Part shown: one piece after another, positions 15,989-27,454 of the stretch
Numbering within the stretch: the first letter of the stretch is position 1
Layout: each line of letters starts with the position of its first letter
Assembly: GCA_046485075.1 (NCBI GenBank)
Contig: JAWOHR010000067.1
Coordinates: 11,682 to 75,681 of the forward strand
Source of the DNA: Bacteroidales bacterium
Lineage (GTDB): Bacteria; Bacteroidota; Bacteroidia; Bacteroidales; GCA-2748055
DNA: 64,000 nt
Direction: 5' to 3'
Translations under genes and position numbers: made by a program
The notes under the pieces: model-generated
What the model saw: the letters and a program-made list of their open reading frames with translations, nothing else
Database searches by the model: none
Told to the model about the DNA's origin: nothing

Positions 15989-17812
15989 ATGAAACTAACC
16001 CTGGTCGACATCCTGATCATCTGTGCATACCTGGCCTCAACCATTGTCATTGGCCTGGTGATGAAGAAGCGGGCTCAGAAAGATAAAACCGCATACATTC
16101 TTGGCGGAAACAAACTGCCCTGGTACATGCTGGGACTAAGTAACGCTTCTGGGATGTTCGACATCTCGGGTACCATGTGGCTGGTAACCCTGGCCTTTGT
16201 TTACGGATTAAAATCCATATGGATCCCATGGCTATGGCCGGTCTTTAACCAGATCTTTTTAATGGTTTTTCTATCCATCTGGTTGCGCCGTTCCAATGCT
16301 ACAACCGGGGCCGAATGGATTCGCACCCGCTTCGGATCGGGAAGAGGAGGCGTACAATCGCACTGGATCGTGGTAATATTTGCACTGATCTCCTGCCTGG
16401 GCTTCCTTACCTATGGATTTATCGGGCTGGGAAAATTCGTGGAGATCTTCATCCCCTGGGAAGTGGTTTCACCCTATGTTCCCTTTGAAGTTGCCCCGCA
16501 GTATGTGGCCCACGTCTATGGAATTATCTTTACCCTGTTTGCCATGTTCTATGCAATCCTGGGAGGTATGAACAGCATCGTTTGGGCCGATGTGATCCAG
16601 TACACCATCATGACCATCTCGGCTGTGGTGATCGGGATCATCGCAATGAACGCCCTGACCGATCATCCCCTGCTGGTACCCGACGGATGGATGAATCCCT
16701 TCTTTGGGGCAAGGCTTGAGATGGACTGGACCGGGATCATTGATGAAGTGAATGCAAAAATAATAAGCGACGGTTACTCCCTCTTTGGCATATTCTTCAG
16801 CATGATGCTTTTCAAAGGTGTGCTGGTGAGTATGGCCGGACCGGCACCCAACTACGATATGCAAAAGATTCTCTCCACCAGGTCCCCCAAAGAAGCAGCC
16901 AAGATGTCGGGATTTGTATCGGTGGTACTGATGCCGGCCAGGTACTTTATGATCGCCGGATTTGCCGTACTTGGACTGGTTTTCTATGACCAGCTGGATT
17001 TGATCGTCGGGAACAGGATAGATTTTGAACAGATCCTGCCCTCTGCCATCAGCCAATTTGTCCCCGTAGGTTTAATGGGACTGCTGCTGGCCGGACTGCT
17101 GGCCGCCTTTATGTCCACCTTCGCCGGCACCCTCAACGCTGCCCAGGCCTATATCGTGAATGATATCTATCTCAAATACATCAATCCGGAGGCATCAGGC
17201 AAACAGGTGAGCCGAACCAATTACATCACAGGAATTCTGGTGGTGGCCATCAGCGTATTCTTCGGATTCTTCGCCCAGGATGTGAACAGCGTACTGCAGT
17301 GGATCGTTTCAGCACTGTGGGGAGCCTATGTGGTTTCCAATATCCTGAAGTGGTACTGGTGGCGCTTTAACGGATCCGGCTTCTTCTGGGGGATGTTTGT
17401 GGGTATTATATCTGCCCTGATCTGCAGCAGGATCTTCGACTTCCTGGATCTTTATTACTTCCCCATCATCCTGGTAATTTCGGCAATGGCAGCTATTTTA
17501 GGCACCTATACAAAACCTCCGACCGATGATCAGACCCTGAAAGCCTTCTACAAAAACGTAAAACCGTGGGGATTCTGGAAACCTATCCACGACAAAGTGG
17601 TTGCCGAAGACCCCTCTTTCAGGAGAAACACAGATTTCTGGAAAGATATGTTCAACATCGGGGTGGGTATCATTGCCCAGACTGCCCTGGTGATCTTCCC
17701 CATTTACATTGTACTGAAAAGGGCCCTTCCACTGGGGATTTCACTGGCCGTTATAGTGGTTTGTGTTATAATTATGAAAAGAACCTGGTGGGACAGGCTC
17801 CCTGAAAATTAG
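15989..17812 (+). CDS. Sodium:solute symporter (SSF) family transporter
   Basis: The ORF track starts at 15923. The Met at 15989 (MKLTLVDILIICAYL) begins directly with TM1. The protein is polytopic with about 14 TM helices and an SSF-like pattern. It is the first gene of a co-directional sugar operon. Confidence 0.85.
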   Translation: MKLTLVDILIICAYLASTIVIGLVMKKRAQKDKTAYILGGNKLPWYMLGLSNASGMFDISGTMWLVTLAFVYGLKSIWIPWLWPVFNQIFLMVFLSIWLRRSNATTGAEWIRTRFGSGRGGVQSHWIVVIFALISCLGFLTYGFIGLGKFVEIFIPWEVVSPYVPFEVAPQYVAHVYGIIFTLFAMFYAILGGMNSIVWADVIQYTIMTISAVVIGIIAMNALTDHPLLVPDGWMNPFFGARLEMDWTGIIDEVNAKIISDGYSLFGIFFSMMLFKGVLVSMAGPAPNYDMQKILSTRSPKEAAKMSGFVSVVLMPARYFMIAGFAVLGLVFYDQLDLIVGNRIDFEQILPSAISQFVPVGLMGLLLAGLLAAFMSTFAGTLNAAQAYIVNDIYLKYINPEASGKQVSRTNYITGILVVAISVFFGFFAQDVNSVLQWIVSALWGAYVVSNILKWYWWRFNGSGFFWGMFVGIISALICSRIFDFLDLYYFPIILVISAMAAILGTYTKPPTDDQTLKAFYKNVKPWGFWKPIHDKVVAEDPSFRRNTDFWKDMFNIGVGIIAQTALVIFPIYIVLKRALPLGISLAVIVVCVIIMKRTWWDRLPEN

Positions 17813-17818
17813 CATGGA

Positions 17819-19024
17819 ATGATCAAAAAAGAGCATATACTGAATCTGAGAGCAGAGCTGGAAAGCGAACTGATAGAGAACATTCTCCCCTGGTGGATGA
17901 AATATACCCCCGATCATAAGTTCGGGGGATTTCACGGGCATGTTGGCCATGATAACAAAGTGGTGGAGGGGGCATCAAAAGGGGCAGTCCTGAATGCCCG
18001 TATCCTCTGGACCTTTTCAGCCGCCTACAGGATGTACAAAAATCCGGTTTACCTGGATACAGCCAGGCGGGCGTACCAATACATCATTACGCATTTCACA
18101 GACAAAAAGCACGGAGGCGTTTACTGGGAACTGGAGGCCGATGGAAGGGTCCGTTCCTCCCGGAAGCAGATTTATGCCATCGCATTTACCATTTATGGCC
18201 TGGCCGAATACCACATGGCTTCAGGTGATGATCAGCCACTCAAAATTGCAAGGGGACTCTTCCTGGATACGGAGGCCCATGCACTTGACAAACAAAAAAA
18301 CGGCTATACCGAGGCCCTTTCGAGGGACTGGAAACCTTTGGAGGATCTCAGGCTCAGTGAGAAGGATCAGAACGAAAGCAAAACCATGAACACCCACCTC
18401 CACATCCTGGAAGCATACACCAATCTCTACAGGGTATGGAGGGACCCCTCCCTTAAAGAAGCACTGGAAAACGTACTCCGGCTGCTGATGGACCGTTTTA
18501 TGAACCACGAATCACTGCACCTTAATCTCTTTTTTGATGACAACTGGACCCTGAAATCGACCCTGGTCTCCTTTGGCCATGACATCGAGGCAGCCTGGCT
18601 CATGCATGAGGCGGCCAGGGTCCTGGAGAACCAGGCACTGATCCTTGAGACCGGGAAGCTGGCTGTGGATATGGCCCGTGAAAATTTTAGCGGATTGGAT
18701 GGAGACGGCGGTCTTTTCTATGAGTTTTTCCCGGAGGAGAACCGGTTCGATACGGATAAACACTGGTGGCCCCAGTCAGAAGCAATGGTGGGATATTACA
18801 ACGCGTTCCAGCTATCGGGCGATGAAGCGTTCCTCGGAAAGGCCATCAAGAGCTGGACTTTTATCAGGGAGCAACTCATCGACCGGGAGTTTGGGGAGTG
18901 GAACCTGAGCGTAAGCAGGGAAGGTGTTCCGCAAAGAGAGAAAGAGAAGGCCGGATTCTGGAAGTGTCCCTACCATAATGGAAGGGCCTGCATGGAGATG
19001 ATCCAAAGAATTGATAACCTTTAA
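17819..19024 (+). CDS. AGE-family epimerase (cellobiose/mannobiose 2-epimerase-like)
   Basis: 401-aa ORF with an (alpha/alpha)6-barrel N-acylglucosamine 2-epimerase-like sequence (GGF.G....DN, HLHILEAYTNLY, WWPQSEAMVGY). It sits between a symporter and a GH130 phosphorylase, as in the described Bacteroides mannobiose pathway. Confidence 0.82.
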   Translation: MIKKEHILNLRAELESELIENILPWWMKYTPDHKFGGFHGHVGHDNKVVEGASKGAVLNARILWTFSAAYRMYKNPVYLDTARRAYQYIITHFTDKKHGGVYWELEADGRVRSSRKQIYAIAFTIYGLAEYHMASGDDQPLKIARGLFLDTEAHALDKQKNGYTEALSRDWKPLEDLRLSEKDQNESKTMNTHLHILEAYTNLYRVWRDPSLKEALENVLRLLMDRFMNHESLHLNLFFDDNWTLKSTLVSFGHDIEAAWLMHEAARVLENQALILETGKLAVDMARENFSGLDGDGGLFYEFFPEENRFDTDKHWWPQSEAMVGYYNAFQLSGDEAFLGKAIKSWTFIREQLIDREFGEWNLSVSREGVPQREKEKAGFWKCPYHNGRACMEMIQRIDNL

Positions 19025-19056
19025 ATGAAGTGCTTGAATCATCATTTTAGCAAGAT

Positions 19057-20235
19057 ATGAACAGTGAACTTTTCGAAAAACGTAAAAATGCAATCCGCAG
19101 GGAACATGAGGCATTGCTTACCAGGAAAAACGAGGAGATCTTCAGTACCAACGGCATCTTCAACCGGTATAAATTCCCTGTTGTAACCCGCGACCACTTC
19201 CCCATGGAGTGGAGGTATGACTTCAATCCCGGATCAAATCCTTTTTTCATGGAACGGATCGGGTTCAATGCAGCCCTGAATTCGGGAGCCATCAAATGGA
19301 AGGATAAATACCTGCTGGCCGTAAGGTGTGAAGGAAACGACCGGAAATCGTTCTTTGCGATTGCTGAAAGTCCCAACGGCGTAGATCATTTCCGATTCTG
19401 GGAGCGTCCCATCACCATGCCGGAGACTGAAGATCCTGATACCAATGTGTATGATATCAGACTCACTGAACATGAAGACGGTTACATCTATGGGGTATTC
19501 TGCACCGAGCGGAAGGATCCTGATGCTCCCAGGGGAGATACCAGTTCTGCAATTGCAGCGGCAGGAATCGCCCGGACCAGGGACCTGGTGGATTGGGAAC
19601 GGCTGCCCGATCTGATTACCTATGGCGGACAACAACGAAATGTGGTTCTGCATCCCGAATTCATTGACGGAAAATATGCCTTTTACACCCGTCCCCAGGA
19701 TGGTTTCATCGATACCGGGTCGGGCGGCGGAATCGCCTTCGGCCTCTCCGAAACCATTGTGAATGCGGAGATAAAAAAGGAGAATATCCTGGATGCCAAG
19801 ACCTATCACACCATCTATGAGCTGAAAAACGGCCAGGGCCCGGCACCCCTTAAAACTGAACATGGATGGCTCAACCTGGCGCATGGTGTGAGGAACTGCG
19901 CTGCCGGACTAAGGTACACCCTGTACCTGTTTATGACCGCCCTGGATGATCCCTCAAGGGTTATCCACAAACCTGCCGGTCTTTTCATGGGCCCTATCGG
20001 GAAAGAGCGGGTCGGCGATGTTTCCAATGTACTCTTTGCAAACGGGTGGATCGCTGATCAGGGCGGTAAATTGTTTATCTATTATGCTTCATCCGACACC
20101 CGTATGCATGTGGCCACTTCAACCATCGCACAGCTGGTCGATTATTGTATAAACAATCCGGAGGACGGTTTGCGTTCGGCCGAATCTGTCAGGACGATTA
20201 ATGATCTTATAAACCGTAACCGGGCTTTTCGATGA
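19057..20235 (+). CDS. GH130 beta-mannoside phosphorylase (4-O-beta-D-mannosyl-D-glucose phosphorylase-like)
   Basis: 392-aa ORF. The N-terminal region ([46 protein letters not shown]) and the length match GH130_1 enzymes. There is no signal peptide, so it is cytoplasmic. Confidence 0.86.
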   Translation: MNSELFEKRKNAIRREHEALLTRKNEEIFSTNGIFNRYKFPVVTRDHFPMEWRYDFNPGSNPFFMERIGFNAALNSGAIKWKDKYLLAVRCEGNDRKSFFAIAESPNGVDHFRFWERPITMPETEDPDTNVYDIRLTEHEDGYIYGVFCTERKDPDAPRGDTSSAIAAAGIARTRDLVDWERLPDLITYGGQQRNVVLHPEFIDGKYAFYTRPQDGFIDTGSGGGIAFGLSETIVNAEIKKENILDAKTYHTIYELKNGQGPAPLKTEHGWLNLAHGVRNCAAGLRYTLYLFMTALDDPSRVIHKPAGLFMGPIGKERVGDVSNVLFANGWIADQGGKLFIYYASSDTRMHVATSTIAQLVDYCINNPEDGLRSAESVRTINDLINRNRAFR

Positions 20236-23120
20236 TTAAAAAATGGTCCATCCTGATCCTCTCACTCTCCCTCCTCACCTGTTGCGGTACAGGAAAAGAG
20301 CAGGCTGAACTGAAGCAGTTTGTCACAACAGAAAATAGCGGGAGCCTTTTTGTGATGGCAGAAAACGGAACTCCCTGTCCGATCCTCTTTAGTGGGGCTG
20401 ATCACCAGGGGGTGATCCTGGCGGTGCAGGATCTGCAGTCCGATTTTACCAGGGTTACCGGGAGAGCCCCGGAACTTCACATGGATCCGGAACCGGGGGA
20501 TAATTCAAACGAAGCTGTGATCATTGCGGGAACCATCGGCATGAGTCCGTTGATTGATGAGATGATCCGTCAGGGAAAACTGGATGTTTCAGAGATCCGG
20601 GGAAAATGGGAATCATCCCTGACCACGGTTGTGAACGATCCGCTTACGGGAATCGGGGAGGCTCTGGTGATTGCCGGCAGCGACAAGCGTGGCACCATCT
20701 ATGGCATCTATGAGCTGTCCGGTCAGATCGGTGTATCTCCCTGGTACTACTGGGCCGATGTCACACCCGCCACGAAGGAGTCTCTCTATTTTATTCCGGG
20801 CCGGTATATTCTTGGAGAACCCGCAGTAAAATATCGGGGTATCTTCATCAATGACGAGGCCCCTGCCTTGTCGGGCTGGGTGCATGAGAACTTTGGAGGT
20901 TTCAATCATGAATTCTACGAACATGTCTTTGAACTGATTCTCAGAATGAAGGGAAATTACCTGTGGCCGGCCATGTGGGGACGTGCCTTTTACGATGATG
21001 ACCCGGAAAATGCATTGCTGGCAGATCAATACGGCGTGGTCATTGGTACCACTCATCATGAACCACTGATGCGTGCGCATGTGGAATGGTCAAGATATGG
21101 AAGTGGTCCCTGGGATTACCGGAAAAATGGAGAAACCCTCCGGACCTTTTGGAAAGAGGGGATTGAGCGGATGGGTGATTATGAGAGCATTGTCTCTCTG
21201 GGCATGAGGGGTGACGGGGATGAGCCCATGACCGAAGGTACAGCCATCGCCTTACTGGAGCAGATCGTGGATGCTCAGCGAAGCATTATCAGTGAAACAA
21301 CCGGGAAACCAACGAAGGAGACGCCCCAGTTATGGGCCCTTTATAAGGAGGTACAGGACTATTATGACCGGGGAATGAGGGTACCCGATGATGTTACGCT
21401 TCTCCTGTGCGACGACAACTGGGGGAATATCCGTAAACTACCCCAACCGGGTGAACCGGAACGCGATGGCGGTTACGGGATCTATTACCATTTCGATTAT
21501 GTGGGAGGACCCAGGAACTACAAATGGCTAAACACCAACCAGATTGAGAGGGTATGGGAGCAGATGCACCTCGCACATGCATTCGGGGCAAACCAGATTT
21601 GGATTGTAAACGTGGGCGACATCAAACCGATGGAACTGCCTACCCAGTTCTTCCTCGATTATGCCTGGGATCCCGGGAGATGGAATCCTGAGAACCTGGA
21701 GGACTATTACGTGGAGTGGTCTGCCCAGCAATTTGGCAGAACCTTTGCCGAACCTGTAGCTGATATCCTGTCGGGTTATACCAAATTCAATGCAAGGCGA
21801 AAGCCCGAACTTCTCGCTCCTGAAACCTATAGCCTGACCCACTACAGGGAGGCTGAACGGGTGGTTGCAGCCTACAGGGAGCTGGAAGATCTGGCCGGTT
21901 TTATTTACAATGATATCCCTGAAGAGCTGAAAGATGCCTATTACCAGCTGGTACTGTTCCCGGTCAGGGCCTGCGCCAATCTGAACGAACTCTACGTTTC
22001 GGCTTCCCTGAACCGCCTCTACGCTGCCCAGGGAAGATCTGCCACCAACCTGATGGCCGGGCGGGTAAGGGATCTGTTCCGGGCAGATAGCCTGCTTACC
22101 GAACAATATCATAAAGAGCTTGCCGGCGGCAAATGGAATCACATGATGTCGCAGACCCACATCGGTTACACCTACTGGCAACAACCCGAGCAAAATAACA
22201 TGCCGGAGGTCTTTGAGATTTCCGTGCCCGGGAGAGCCGAAATGGGGGTGGTCATCGAGCACTCGGACCAGGTATGGCCCGAAAGTGATACCAAACCCCT
22301 GCTACCATTATACGATGCACTGAACCGGCAGGAGTACTATATAGAAATTTTTAACAGGGGCAGCCTGGAATATACCTGCACCATCCATCCTGATGTTTCC
22401 TGGATCCTGCTTTCAGACACCTCCCTGACGGTTCATATGCAGGAAAGGGTATACCTGGGTATAAACTGGAGGGAAGTGCCTGAAGGCTTCCAATCGGCCA
22501 TGGTTGAAATTAAAGGTCCAGGAGATGCTTCCATTCCTGTTTACGTGGAGGTTGATAACAGGAAACCGCGGTCGCCACTGGGCGGGACCGAACCATTCAT
22601 AGATAACAATGGGGTTGTTTCGATGGATGCGGAACACTTTAAAAAGGCGGTTCAGAATGAGCAGGTGAGGTGGCATGTCATTCCAAATCTTGGAAGGAGC
22701 GGATCATCCGTGATCACCCTGCCTGTAACCGCCGGCCCTTCCAAACCCGGCAGCAACGCTCCCAGGCTGGAGTACGATTTCTACACCAGGGATACCGGAC
22801 GCTTCGTGGTCCAGACCTACCTCTCTCCCACCCTCAACTTTCACAACCATGAGGGGATTCGATTTGCCGTATCTTTGGATGAAGAGGTCCCGGTCATCGT
22901 GAACATGCATCAGCAGAGCAAGGAACCATGGGATCTGTGGGTGGCAAACAATATCAATATTCTCAATACCATTCATCACATCACCGAACCAGGTATACAT
23001 ACCCTGAAGTGGTGGAGGGTTGATGCCGGTGTGGTGCTTCAAAAAATCGTAATCCGGAAAAACGACCGTACCGATTCCACCTACCTGGGACCACCCGAGA
23101 GCATTCGCATCACCCCATAA
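20232..23120 (+). CDS. GH115 family alpha-glucuronidase-like lipoprotein
   Basis: 962-aa ORF with a lipoprotein signal (LSLSLLTCC). It has the GH115-like catalytic region ([32 protein letters not shown]). Its start overlaps the GH130 stop in an ATGA arrangement (20232-20235). Confidence 0.82.
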   Translation: MIKKWSILILSLSLLTCCGTGKEQAELKQFVTTENSGSLFVMAENGTPCPILFSGADHQGVILAVQDLQSDFTRVTGRAPELHMDPEPGDNSNEAVIIAGTIGMSPLIDEMIRQGKLDVSEIRGKWESSLTTVVNDPLTGIGEALVIAGSDKRGTIYGIYELSGQIGVSPWYYWADVTPATKESLYFIPGRYILGEPAVKYRGIFINDEAPALSGWVHENFGGFNHEFYEHVFELILRMKGNYLWPAMWGRAFYDDDPENALLADQYGVVIGTTHHEPLMRAHVEWSRYGSGPWDYRKNGETLRTFWKEGIERMGDYESIVSLGMRGDGDEPMTEGTAIALLEQIVDAQRSIISETTGKPTKETPQLWALYKEVQDYYDRGMRVPDDVTLLLCDDNWGNIRKLPQPGEPERDGGYGIYYHFDYVGGPRNYKWLNTNQIERVWEQMHLAHAFGANQIWIVNVGDIKPMELPTQFFLDYAWDPGRWNPENLEDYYVEWSAQQFGRTFAEPVADILSGYTKFNARRKPELLAPETYSLTHYREAERVVAAYRELEDLAGFIYNDIPEELKDAYYQLVLFPVRACANLNELYVSASLNRLYAAQGRSATNLMAGRVRDLFRADSLLTEQYHKELAGGKWNHMMSQTHIGYTYWQQPEQNNMPEVFEISVPGRAEMGVVIEHSDQVWPESDTKPLLPLYDALNRQEYYIEIFNRGSLEYTCTIHPDVSWILLSDTSLTVHMQERVYLGINWREVPEGFQSAMVEIKGPGDASIPVYVEVDNRKPRSPLGGTEPFIDNNGVVSMDAEHFKKAVQNEQVRWHVIPNLGRSGSSVITLPVTAGPSKPGSNAPRLEYDFYTRDTGRFVVQTYLSPTLNFHNHEGIRFAVSLDEEVPVIVNMHQQSKEPWDLWVANNINILNTIHHITEPGIHTLKWWRVDAGVVLQKIVIRKNDRTDSTYLGPPESIRITP

Positions 23121-25545
23121 CCACCTTAACCTGGTTCAGGCTTCCGGCTTCACAGATGGGAACCTGGTTCCCATCCAGCGCTTTTCCATTGAGCAGGATT
23201 TCCCTGATGCCCGATGAAACATGATCGGGATTGGCAATTTCGATATGGTAGGTGGCCCCTCTGAATTTCCGGGTTATTTTATAACCCTCCCAGGATGAAG
23301 GAATCACCGGGTTGATCAGCAACCCGTCATAATCGGGACGGACTCCCAGAATGAATTGCGAAATGGCATAAAAATTCCACGAAGCCGTTCCGGTCAGCCA
23401 GCTGTTTTTGGCTTCACCGGGCCTGACGGCATCCTTCCCGGCAATCATTTGAGAATAGACATAGGGTTCGGTTTTATGCAGTTCGCTGATCTCTTCCAGA
23501 TAGGGAGGAGATATTTTTTTATAATATTCCCATGCCGCTTCCCCATTTCCTGCCAGGGTTTCCGAGATCATAATCCAGGGGTTGTTATGACAGAATATCC
23601 CTGCATTCTCCTTGTAACCTTCAGGATAGGTACTGATCTCCCCGTATTTTAAAATGTAGCTGGAGAAAGCCGGATTGTTCAGAACAATTCCATACTCACA
23701 ATCAAGGCGCTCCTTCACGGAATCGAGGGCCAGGCGTGCCCTGCCATCTTCCAGTCCGATACCTGCCATGATGCACATACCCTGTGATTCGATAAAAATT
23801 TTGCCCTCCTCGCATTCATCACTTCCCACTTTTTCGCCAAAATGGTCGTATGCCCTGACAAACCATTTACCGTCCCAGCCATGCTCATCAACCACCTGTT
23901 TCATCGCTTCAATGTGCAAAGAGGCTTCATCCGCTTCCGACTCCCTGCCCAGCTTCCGGCAAAGCTTCACGAAAGCATCACCGTAAAGCACAAACATTCC
24001 GGCGATAAAGACCGACTCGGCCACTCCACCCTCCATGTTTTCTGTGGTCTGGAATGATTCACCCGGAGTCTCCGAGAAGCAGTTCAGGTTCAGGCAGTCG
24101 TTCCAGTCGGCCCTGCCGATGAGCGGAAGTTTGTGGGGACCAAGGTTATGCACCACATGATAGAACGAGCGTTTCAGGTGTTCGAACAGAGAGGCTTTGT
24201 TGGATTCATCATTATCGAAGGGTACCCTCTCGTCCAGGATGGACCAGTCGCCAGTCTCCCGGATATACTCATCCGTAGAGAGGATCAGCCACAGAGGATC
24301 ATCGTTGAAATTGCTGCCCACAGCATCGTTCCCCTTTTTGGTCAGTGGCTGGTACTGGTGGTAGGCTCCCCCATCCTCAAACTGGGTGGATGCAATATCG
24401 ATGATGCGCTCACGGGCCCGTCCAGGCACCTGGTGCACAAATCCGATCAGGTCCTGGTTTGAATCCCTGAATCCCATGCCCCGGCCTATCCCCGACTCGA
24501 AAAAGGATGCGCTTCGGCTGAAGTTAAAAGTTACCATGCACTGGTACTGGTTCCAGATATTCACTGCCCGGCAGAGCTCCTGCTCGGGATGTTCCAGCTG
24601 GTATACCGAAAGAAGGTTATCCCAGAAAGAAGCCAGAGCATCGAAGGCCCGGTCCACATCGGCTGCACGCTGAAACTGAGCCATCATCTTTTCGGCAGGT
24701 GCCTTGTTGATCACCTGCGGACCCACAAACTTATCATCCACCGGAACCTCCACATAACCCAGCACGAAAACCAGCTGTTTTTCTTCACCCGGCTCCAGAT
24801 CAATCCGCAGGTGATGTGATGCCACCGGTGACCATCCATGAGCATGTGAATCCCTCGATTTACACTGCAGGACCGCATCAGGGGCATCAAATCCATTGTA
24901 TAGACCCAGGAAGGATTCCCGGTCGGTATCCAGTCCGTCGACCTTCTGGTTGACTGTATAAAATGCATAGTGGTCGCGCCGCTCCCTGTATTCCGTCTTG
25001 TGATAAATGGTGGAACCCACAATTTCCACCTGGCCCGTGGAAAAATTACGCTGAAAGTTCGTATTGTCCTCAAGGGCATCCCAAAGGCACCACTCCACGA
25101 ACGAAAACAGGGAAAAGGCTCGCCTGCGGCTGCTTTTATTGGTAAGTTTCACCCGCTGAACTTCTCCTTTGTAGCCGATGGGAACCATATAGAGCACCTC
25201 GGCCTCAAGCTGGTCTACTTCACCTGTGATCCGTGTGTACCCCATACCGTGGCTGCATTTATAACTGTCAAGCTCTGTTTTAACAGGCTTCCAGCCTGGC
25301 GACCATACCTTCCCGTTCTCATTGATGTAAAAATACTTACCCCCGTCATCCACCGGCACATTATTATACCGGTAGCGGGTGATCCGCCTCAGGCGGGCAT
25401 CCTTGTAGAAGCTGTACCCGCCTGCTGTGTTGGTCACAATGGAAAAAAACTCCTCACAACCCAGGTAGTTGATCCATGGATAGGGGGTTCTGGGGTTGGT
25501 AATTACATATTCTCTTTTACGATCGTCGAAATGTCCGAATTTCAT
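23110..25545 (-). CDS. GH94 cellobiose phosphorylase-like glycoside phosphorylase
   Basis: 811-aa ORF. It shows a typical GH94 N-terminus ([29 protein letters not shown]), the catalytic-Asp motif [10 protein letters not shown] and the phosphate-site motif FCHNNPW. There is no signal peptide. Confidence 0.87.
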   Translation of the reverse strand: MKFGHFDDRKREYVITNPRTPYPWINYLGCEEFFSIVTNTAGGYSFYKDARLRRITRYRYNNVPVDDGGKYFYINENGKVWSPGWKPVKTELDSYKCSHGMGYTRITGEVDQLEAEVLYMVPIGYKGEVQRVKLTNKSSRRRAFSLFSFVEWCLWDALEDNTNFQRNFSTGQVEIVGSTIYHKTEYRERRDHYAFYTVNQKVDGLDTDRESFLGLYNGFDAPDAVLQCKSRDSHAHGWSPVASHHLRIDLEPGEEKQLVFVLGYVEVPVDDKFVGPQVINKAPAEKMMAQFQRAADVDRAFDALASFWDNLLSVYQLEHPEQELCRAVNIWNQYQCMVTFNFSRSASFFESGIGRGMGFRDSNQDLIGFVHQVPGRARERIIDIASTQFEDGGAYHQYQPLTKKGNDAVGSNFNDDPLWLILSTDEYIRETGDWSILDERVPFDNDESNKASLFEHLKRSFYHVVHNLGPHKLPLIGRADWNDCLNLNCFSETPGESFQTTENMEGGVAESVFIAGMFVLYGDAFVKLCRKLGRESEADEASLHIEAMKQVVDEHGWDGKWFVRAYDHFGEKVGSDECEEGKIFIESQGMCIMAGIGLEDGRARLALDSVKERLDCEYGIVLNNPAFSSYILKYGEISTYPEGYKENAGIFCHNNPWIMISETLAGNGEAAWEYYKKISPPYLEEISELHKTEPYVYSQMIAGKDAVRPGEAKNSWLTGTASWNFYAISQFILGVRPDYDGLLINPVIPSSWEGYKITRKFRGATYHIEIANPDHVSSGIREILLNGKALDGNQVPICEAGSLNQVKVVMG

Positions 25546-25633
25546 AAGCTTTCATTCAAAAGGTAAAACAATTTACGGAAACCTAAATATACAATAAATC
25601 GAATTTGAAACGTATCTTGTATTCCAATCACCC

Positions 25634-26107
25634 ATGAATGAACATCAGAAATATCTGGAGCTCTCCATTCTTGAGGCGGCCTCAGGAATGAGGGCCGGGG
25701 AAGGGGGGCCTTTCGGGGCTGTTATTGTGCGGGACGGAGTGATTATCGGTCTGGGCCACAATACAGTGATTCATTCGCAGGATCCTACAGCCCATGCCGA
25801 AGTAAATGCCATCCGGGATGCCTGCTCCAGGCTTAAAACCCATCACCTGACCGGGGCGACCATCTACTCTAATTTTGAACCATGCCCCATGTGCCTTTCG
25901 GCCATTTACTGGGCCGATATCCGGTCACTCTGGTACTGTGCCGGCCGGCTTGAGGCGGAAAAGGCCGGATTCATGGACCGCCACCTCTATGAGGAGATCG
26001 CCCTTCCATCAGCTTCCCGTGAGATCATCTCCTCTCAGCTCGCCCTTGAGAAGATGGAGAAGTTGCTGGATGAATGGGAACGTTTGGAGGGAAGGGTGCT
26101 TTATTAA
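25634..26107 (+). CDS. CMP/dCMP-type zinc deaminase (nucleoside/guanine deaminase-like)
   Basis: 157-aa ORF with the HAEVNAI and PCPMCLSAI zinc-binding motifs. Confidence 0.85.
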   Translation: MNEHQKYLELSILEAASGMRAGEGGPFGAVIVRDGVIIGLGHNTVIHSQDPTAHAEVNAIRDACSRLKTHHLTGATIYSNFEPCPMCLSAIYWADIRSLWYCAGRLEAEKAGFMDRHLYEEIALPSASREIISSQLALEKMEKLLDEWERLEGRVLY

Positions 26108-26145
26108 TTCTGTTAATTTTATCCACTTAAATAACCATACCTGAA

Positions 26146-27432
26146 ATGAACAGACGCAACTTTATTGAAAAGAGTGCCCTGGGGGCAGGAGCTTTAACCA
26201 TTTTTCCTCAGTATGTAACCGGACGCACCCGTTCTTTTGCCCCGTCCGACAGGATCAACCTGGGCTTTATCGGGACCGGCAAGCAGAGTCTGGGGCTGCT
26301 GGCAGACCTCGGGCTCTGTCCGGAGACCATCATCCTGGCTGCCAGTGACGTGGATCGTAAAAAGCTGGACCGTTTCAGGAGTGCCGCCGAAAATATGAAC
26401 GGTACCAAACTGGACCGCGGAAAACAGAAAGTCACCACCTATGAAAATTACAGGGAGTTGCTGGAAAGAAAAGATATAGATGCTGTGGTTATTGCTTCTC
26501 CCGATCACTGGCATGCCATGATGGCAGTGGATGCAGCCAGGGCAGGCAAGGATATCTATTGCGAGAAGCCCCTGGCGCTGACTGTGGCCGAAGGAAGGGC
26601 TATGGTTGCAGCCACCCGGAAATATAATCGTGTTTTTCAGACAGGGAACATGCAACGTTCCTGGAGAAATTTCAGACATGCTTGTGAGATGGTTTCCAAC
26701 GGGTATATCGGTGAAGTAAAGGAGGTCAATGTAAATGTGGGAGATCCTGTGGTTGCATGCGATCTTTCCAGTAAGGCTGAACCTGACTACCTGAACTGGG
26801 ACCTTTGGGTGGGACCCTCGATGTTCCGAAGCTATAACCCGGTGTTGTCCCCACCCATTGAGGACAACAACTGGGCCATGTGGAGGCTCTACCGGGAATT
26901 TGGAGGCGGGGGTGTCACTGACTGGGGAGCCCATATGTTTGATATTGGTCAGTGGGCCCTGGGAATGGACCAATCGGGCCCGGTAGAGTTCATCCCGCCG
27001 GAAAAGCGTTCTGAAAAGGGAATGAAGATGATCTATGCCGGCGGAGCTATAATGAACCACGTGGACTGGGGTGAAAGCAATGCGGTTCAGTTCCTGGGAA
27101 CAGAGGGAAAAATAGAGGTGAGCCGTGAGTTTTACCGTTCGGATGTCAAAGGGCTTACAGAGTTTGAACTGAAAGAAAATGACAAGCCGCTTTACAGAAG
27201 TGAGAACCATTACCAGGACTGGGTGGATGCCATTAAAAACAGAACCAGGCCGGTTTCGGATGTGGAGACCGGTCATCGTACCGCATCCCTCTGTAATATT
27301 GTGAACATGGCCTACACCCTGGAAAGACCCTTGAAGTGGGCCCCTGCCCATGAACGGTTTATCGATGACGAGGATGCAAACAGTATGTTAACCAGGGCAT
27401 TCAGAGGCAAATGGGATTTTACAGATTATTAA
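26146..27432 (+). CDS. TAT-exported Gfo/Idh/MocA family oxidoreductase
   Basis: 428-aa ORF with a twin-arginine signal (MNRRNFIEKSALGAGALTIF). It has a Rossmann motif (LGFIGTGKQ) and the EKP motif (YCEKPLA) typical of the family. Confidence 0.85.
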   Translation: MNRRNFIEKSALGAGALTIFPQYVTGRTRSFAPSDRINLGFIGTGKQSLGLLADLGLCPETIILAASDVDRKKLDRFRSAAENMNGTKLDRGKQKVTTYENYRELLERKDIDAVVIASPDHWHAMMAVDAARAGKDIYCEKPLALTVAEGRAMVAATRKYNRVFQTGNMQRSWRNFRHACEMVSNGYIGEVKEVNVNVGDPVVACDLSSKAEPDYLNWDLWVGPSMFRSYNPVLSPPIEDNNWAMWRLYREFGGGGVTDWGAHMFDIGQWALGMDQSGPVEFIPPEKRSEKGMKMIYAGGAIMNHVDWGESNAVQFLGTEGKIEVSREFYRSDVKGLTEFELKENDKPLYRSENHYQDWVDAIKNRTRPVSDVETGHRTASLCNIVNMAYTLERPLKWAPAHERFIDDEDANSMLTRAFRGKWDFTDY

Positions 27433-27454
27433 TAAATTTACATAATTTTCGGGT

